Notes under the pieces: generated by a model
Told to the model about the DNA's origin: nothing
Databases searched by the model: none
Seen by the model: the letters and a program-made list of their open reading frames with translations, nothing else
Position numbers and translations under genes: made by a program
Shown: positions 59,344 through 64,000 of the stretch, piece by piece
How the letters are laid out: every line of letters begins with the position of its first letter
Numbering within the stretch: position 1 is the first letter of the stretch
From: Macrostomum lignano
Lineage: Eukaryota
NCBI GenBank assembly: GCA_002269645.1
Contig: NIVC01002005.1
Coordinates: 130,050-194,049 of the forward strand
DNA: 64,000 bases
Direction of reading: 5' to 3'

Positions 59344-61499
59344 AAGCCGTGATGTTCCCTTTTTTTCAAATAATATAGATGAACCAAAGTTTTGCTGGAA
59401 AAACAAAAGACACGCAGAATTTTTATGCACTAGTTTGGTGTTAATTTGTAACTAGATTGTTTTAGCTGCAGAACCTGAAGTTTTTAAAAGGCCATACATG
59501 TATTGTCGGTTAAACTAATCAGCTGATGCATTTCACTAAAAAATAATATTACGATTTCTGTATAACAATCTAAATAACTGTTACAGTGTATCTATTCGTT
59601 AACGAAATTTATAAACTCAATTTACTAGACTCATCCTAAACGCTGACTTCGAATAGTAGAAGTTATTTAGGGTTAGGCGAAGTGACGAAGACTGTTATTA
59701 TAGCATAACGTGAAAGACAGCGAGTATAAATGAACGAGGCCAGCAGACATAGACCGAAGAGCCGCTAGGTTCTGACCTTCGCTAGGTTACCGGCACTGCC
59801 ATCAGAGATGTACCCGCGAAATCGCCGAGCTGCGCCAATCTCCGAGCATTGAAAGCAGATGTCGCTCCACCACGGCGGAGCGAGTGCGTAGAGAAGCTGA
59901 AAGTTTCTGATGTGTCCCTTATTACCCGACTTATGGTAATCAAAGAACACTCACTTCTAGCTCAATAGCTAGGCAGCCCAGTAAGTCAATTAAAGGTACT
60001 TCTTACGTTGACGTCGCTTGGAGATATCTCTTCTGTAGTCTTCGAGTAGATCTCGCTTGTCTCTATGTGATCTCGTAGATCAGGCGCCTTGATTCTTCAG
60101 TTGCTCTGGTCCTGGTTCCTCTTGTACTTCCGATAAGTTCCTCCGGCCGGTATCTTCAGTCAGGACCAATCAGAGGCCTCGTATCAACAATGGGTACCCT
60201 GCGCCGAACAGCGGTTTGAATTAAGCCTCCTTCTTCTAGCAGTGCCTTTATGCACTCTAGGTATGGCTCCGGAAACCACTGATAGTCCTCTAAGATCTAT
60301 CAGGGGCAGTCCTTCTGGAGACTGCAACCAATGGAGTCTAAACAGACTCAAGAGTCTCAACAGACTCAAATAGACTCAAGTCTCAATAGACTTGAGCGAG
60401 ACGTCTCTAACACAACGGGCGCAAATAAGGAAGGCTTACCGCAACAACTCGACCGAGTCTCGATTGACTTGGTGATCAGGAAGTCCTCCTAAGGCTTCCT
60501 CTTCGGAGCTTCTCCTCTCGTCGGGAGTTGGCTCCTGGTCCGCTTCGGACCGCTTGTATTTATAGGCAACTTTTTGATCCAAAATAGCATCATTACAAAC
60601 CACGTGTTGCGCTAAAAGGGGAAAATGGCTCATGGCGTATCATTTTGGTAACATCTTTTCCTGGTAGCGTGATTCATTCAAAGCTTAGGCGCACATGCGT
60701 GTACTTACTTACTTATAGTAGCATTATACGATTATCTTCTTTTAACCTTTTTTAACGGGAGGTAGAACACTCTACATTTCCATTCCGGTCTTGCGAAACA
60801 AACGCTGCAGGCGGTGGCGAACCTCCACTGAGTCAGAAGGCCACCAAAATGGCGGCTCTGACGGACTAAGAATACGGGAAAGCTCTGAGACGTATCGAGA
60901 ATTAGATTCAGCTGCCAGAGATGTCGGGGCGCAATTTGAGAGCGGCTGCTGAGCTCGGACCCATGACCGGGAGCTGGAGCTGGTGTGGATGCGCTCACCG
61001 ATCAGCACTGTCTTTGAACGAGCTACATAGATGGCCCGATTTCGGGTCATCCCGCCAGCCCGAAGCGAACGGCCCGCGTTTGCAAAAGTCTATGGCAAAT
61101 CAACCATCATCTCAGCACACCCGTTGCCGACGGGAATGGCCCGATTTCGGGTCAGCGTCTAACAATGTTGCAAAGAGTAGATTACGCAAAAAAATATTAT
61201 TAGCTTAGAGATGTCATACCTGTAATTATAATAACTCGTTTATAATAAAAATACTGCGGCAGTTTTCAACAAAACTGTAAAAATTGCTTTTACGAAGTAA
61301 GCTTGTTCCCAATGAAGCCGGAATAGTCTAATTACATGATTTATTAGGGACATTTTTAAAGAGGGAAATGATTTACAGACTGGAGCATCTGCAAGATACG
61401 AAAAAGTAAGCTGGTACAATGGGTAGGTATTTAGGTAGGTAGGTAGGTAGGTAGGTAGGTAGGTAGGTAGGTAGGTAGGTAGGTAGGTAGGTAGGTAGG

Positions 61500-61527
61500 T
61501 TAGGTTAGGGTTAGGGTTAGGGTTAGG
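61500..61527 (+). repeat. Short interstitial telomere-type repeat TTAGG-(TTAGGG)3-TTAGG
   Basis: Direct inspection; fused to the (TAGG)n array. Confidence 0.8.
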
Positions 61528-62543
61528 CTGAAAATTATTTGGCTTTTTTTACGCTATCACCTTGATTGCTGAGTGTACAGGCTGAAGTTTGAAGGCAACG
61601 AAAATGGAATAAAAAGGTAGACGAGAAGAATAAACAGACGATGCTGTCATATGTCATGCATGCATAAATTTTCCATCCTAACTTTTTTATGCGTAGCGTT
61701 TCTGTGAAGACACTTATATACGAGTAACAATACAACAGCTTCAGCTTATAGGTTCAAATTTGTAAATTCTGTCCTACTCAAAGCTAAAAAACACGTATGA
61801 TCATTGTATGAGCATTATGTCGTGTTCCATTTTAATTAACTAAAAATAAGTTGTTTTGCAGTTGGAAGACATGTGATGTGTTTTAGGAAAAAACGACTCC
61901 ACAGATTCATTAAACATTCTATCTGTTCTAAAATTAGCAAAGCATTCGACTTAAGCGACAGAAGTCCTCGTACACTGTCTTAACAAGTTTTCATTGCTTT
62001 CCATAAAGCACCATCCAACCCAGTCAATAGTTTTATTTTCACCTGAGATTTCTTGTAAGACCATTATAGTTTAAATGTACTACACTTCGCTATGCTTTGA
62101 TAGCAAATTATGAAGATATGAAATCAATTCTCTATATTGATATGACCAAAACACCAGAAATACTTCAGGGGGTGATTTCTGAAATGAAGTGTTGAGATAC
62201 GGCACACTTTTACCTTCAAGGCATTCTGTATTACAATATTTATGATTTATTACGTTCTATATGGATAAACTCGAAACCAAAATCAGCGAAAATTGGAAGT
62301 CTTGTGTCAAAATTAGCCTCGAAATTAGTGGAAGAGTTGCCTAGATATTGCCAGATTTGGTTTTATATACTTTAATTAAAAGCTGTCTAAATTTGATGTT
62401 CGGCCTGTTTACTGGAAGTTGATTTAATTTAGTGGAAAGAAGATTAACGGGCATAAATACGAACAGGAACACTGAAACAGCAGTTTTCCGCTTACTAGCT
62501 CGTATGCCATGCCCGCAGCGCCCTGCAGCTGAACCAGACTGCG

Positions 62544-64000
62544 ATGAAAACATGCACCAGATTTTTTCGTTACTTTCAACTCATTGTGTTTGGCTTGTTA
62601 TTTTGGTTTTCTCCATCCGGTACGTTTATTCTGTTTTGATTAGAGTCAGAAAAAACCAGTTTGCTCTTGCTAAAACGTGGGTTACTAAAAACGCAGAGTG
62701 CTGTTCCGGTAGGACGCTTTACTCGTCATCTGGAACGATCGCGTGCCCCTCCTCTGGAGGCCAGTATTCAAACAATTTGGATGTTTCCTGGTCTATTCGA
62801 CCACGTGGTGTCAGCCGAATCCGATTCAGCAAGCTGGATGTGGATTCGTGCTGCGACAAAGTTTTAATTTATGAAAGCGCAATCTACGCATCAAGCAGCT
62901 CAGAGAAGTTTCGACTTGTGCATGCAAACGCGACTGAGTCTGAGTTCTGGGTGAATTCGCCCTTTGTTGTGCGGTTTCGAAGTGACGGGTTTCACACGAG
63001 ATCCGGATTTCGGCTTTCTTACGAACGCCAGTGGGAATCGATTCCAGGTGAATTTTATGCCTTACGTTTATAACAGCACTCTGGTTGACTTTTGCTGATT
63101 TATTTGATCTCGGATGAAAATGGAATTTCAGCTGCTACTGAGGTCATTCGGCAGAGAAGCGGTGTCAGACGGAGCCATCCAGATGTCGGGTCCTACCGCA
63201 ATAACTACAAAAAGCTTGGAGTATTTACGTGCCCAGAAATTCCCGTGTTTTCATTCGATTCACAAAGTTCAACACGGAATCTGGCCGCGACTATCTTAGG
63301 ATATATTCAGGACTTGTTCCGCGATATCAACACACGGCTCTGCAAGCGATTTCAGGCAATCATAGAATTCTTCATCCGTCATACACGTTTTCGCATAGCG
63401 TTACCCTAATTTTCACTACTGACGGCTCTGTTGTGTGAAGGGTTCGAATTTGAGTTCAATGTCCGTGAGTGATACAAGACGTCAACAGTATCTGGCAGTT
63501 TTTTCAGTTTTTTTCAGAAGTTAAACTGTTCAGTGCAGAAATATAAGTTAAAAGTTATGCAATCTTATGTTTATAGTTTCTTTTCTCGGCCAGATACGGA
63601 CAGAGAAGCAACATAGTTTCCATAGTTACTCGTAGTTACATAATCTGAATAAGTCTCAACATTGTTTATGTTGATGCAGGTTATTTGTACTACGGATTAT
63701 GCGCCATCGCCTATCGATTATAATGGATAATTAGTTTTAAGCAATGAGAAGAGAACTCTTATAAATTCTCTTTAGATTACATAAATATTATCAACTTCCA
63801 CAAAAAATCTTAACGCTGCTACATTTACTCAGTTTGATACTCTTTACAGATGATCATGAATTACTGTGGATCTTTTCAAAATGGACCAGAATGGCCATAG
63901 GTGGCTCGAAATTCAGTTTTTCACTGCTTTCTATGGATCGAAATGTATCAGCTAGGTGTTACTTAGATCTTGAATGTGGAAGGCAAACTTCGGAGATCGC
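62544..64000 (+). pseudogene. Paralog of the CUB/4-Cys-repeat receptor with a frameshifted CUB2 exon; continues beyond the window
   Basis: Signal exon 62544-62619 and CUB1 exon 62697-63047 are intact. The CUB2 exon from 63132 has A6>A5 (about 63209-63213), a TAA at 63407-63409 and a 2-bp deletion near 63435. The next exon starts at about 63850. Confidence 0.8.

Overview
Eukaryotic (animal) genomic DNA with GT-AG introns and no prokaryotic features. It is most likely a free-living flatworm of the Macrostomum type; this is inferred from the repeat-laden introns, GC-rich Q/A-rich exons and a ZFP-1-like zinc finger. The window has two compartments. Left (1-33 kb): a 4-exon D2-like dopamine receptor (+), a 3-exon C2H2 zinc-finger gene (+), a decayed Penelope-like retroelement carrying a minimal hammerhead ribozyme (-), and a 3-exon UBE2M/Ubc12 gene (-), embedded in about 25 distinct mini/microsatellites that abut exon borders. 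Right (33-64 kb): decayed mobile elements (piggyBac fragments, a tRNA-derived SINE family, a MITE-like family, TAG/CTA-rich degraded segments) and a ~17.3 kb-spaced segmental duplication with an inversion. The main finding is a hand-reconstructed, fully in-frame 16-exon gene (45229-50987, ~962 aa) for a type-I membrane protein: signal peptide, CUB, CUB, six alternating ~100-aa 4-Cys domains that I do not recognise, TM and a short NQYY tail. Its ectodomain appears to have grown by unequal crossing-over, and a frameshifted paralog starts at 62544. All exon models were read by hand; no database searches were run.
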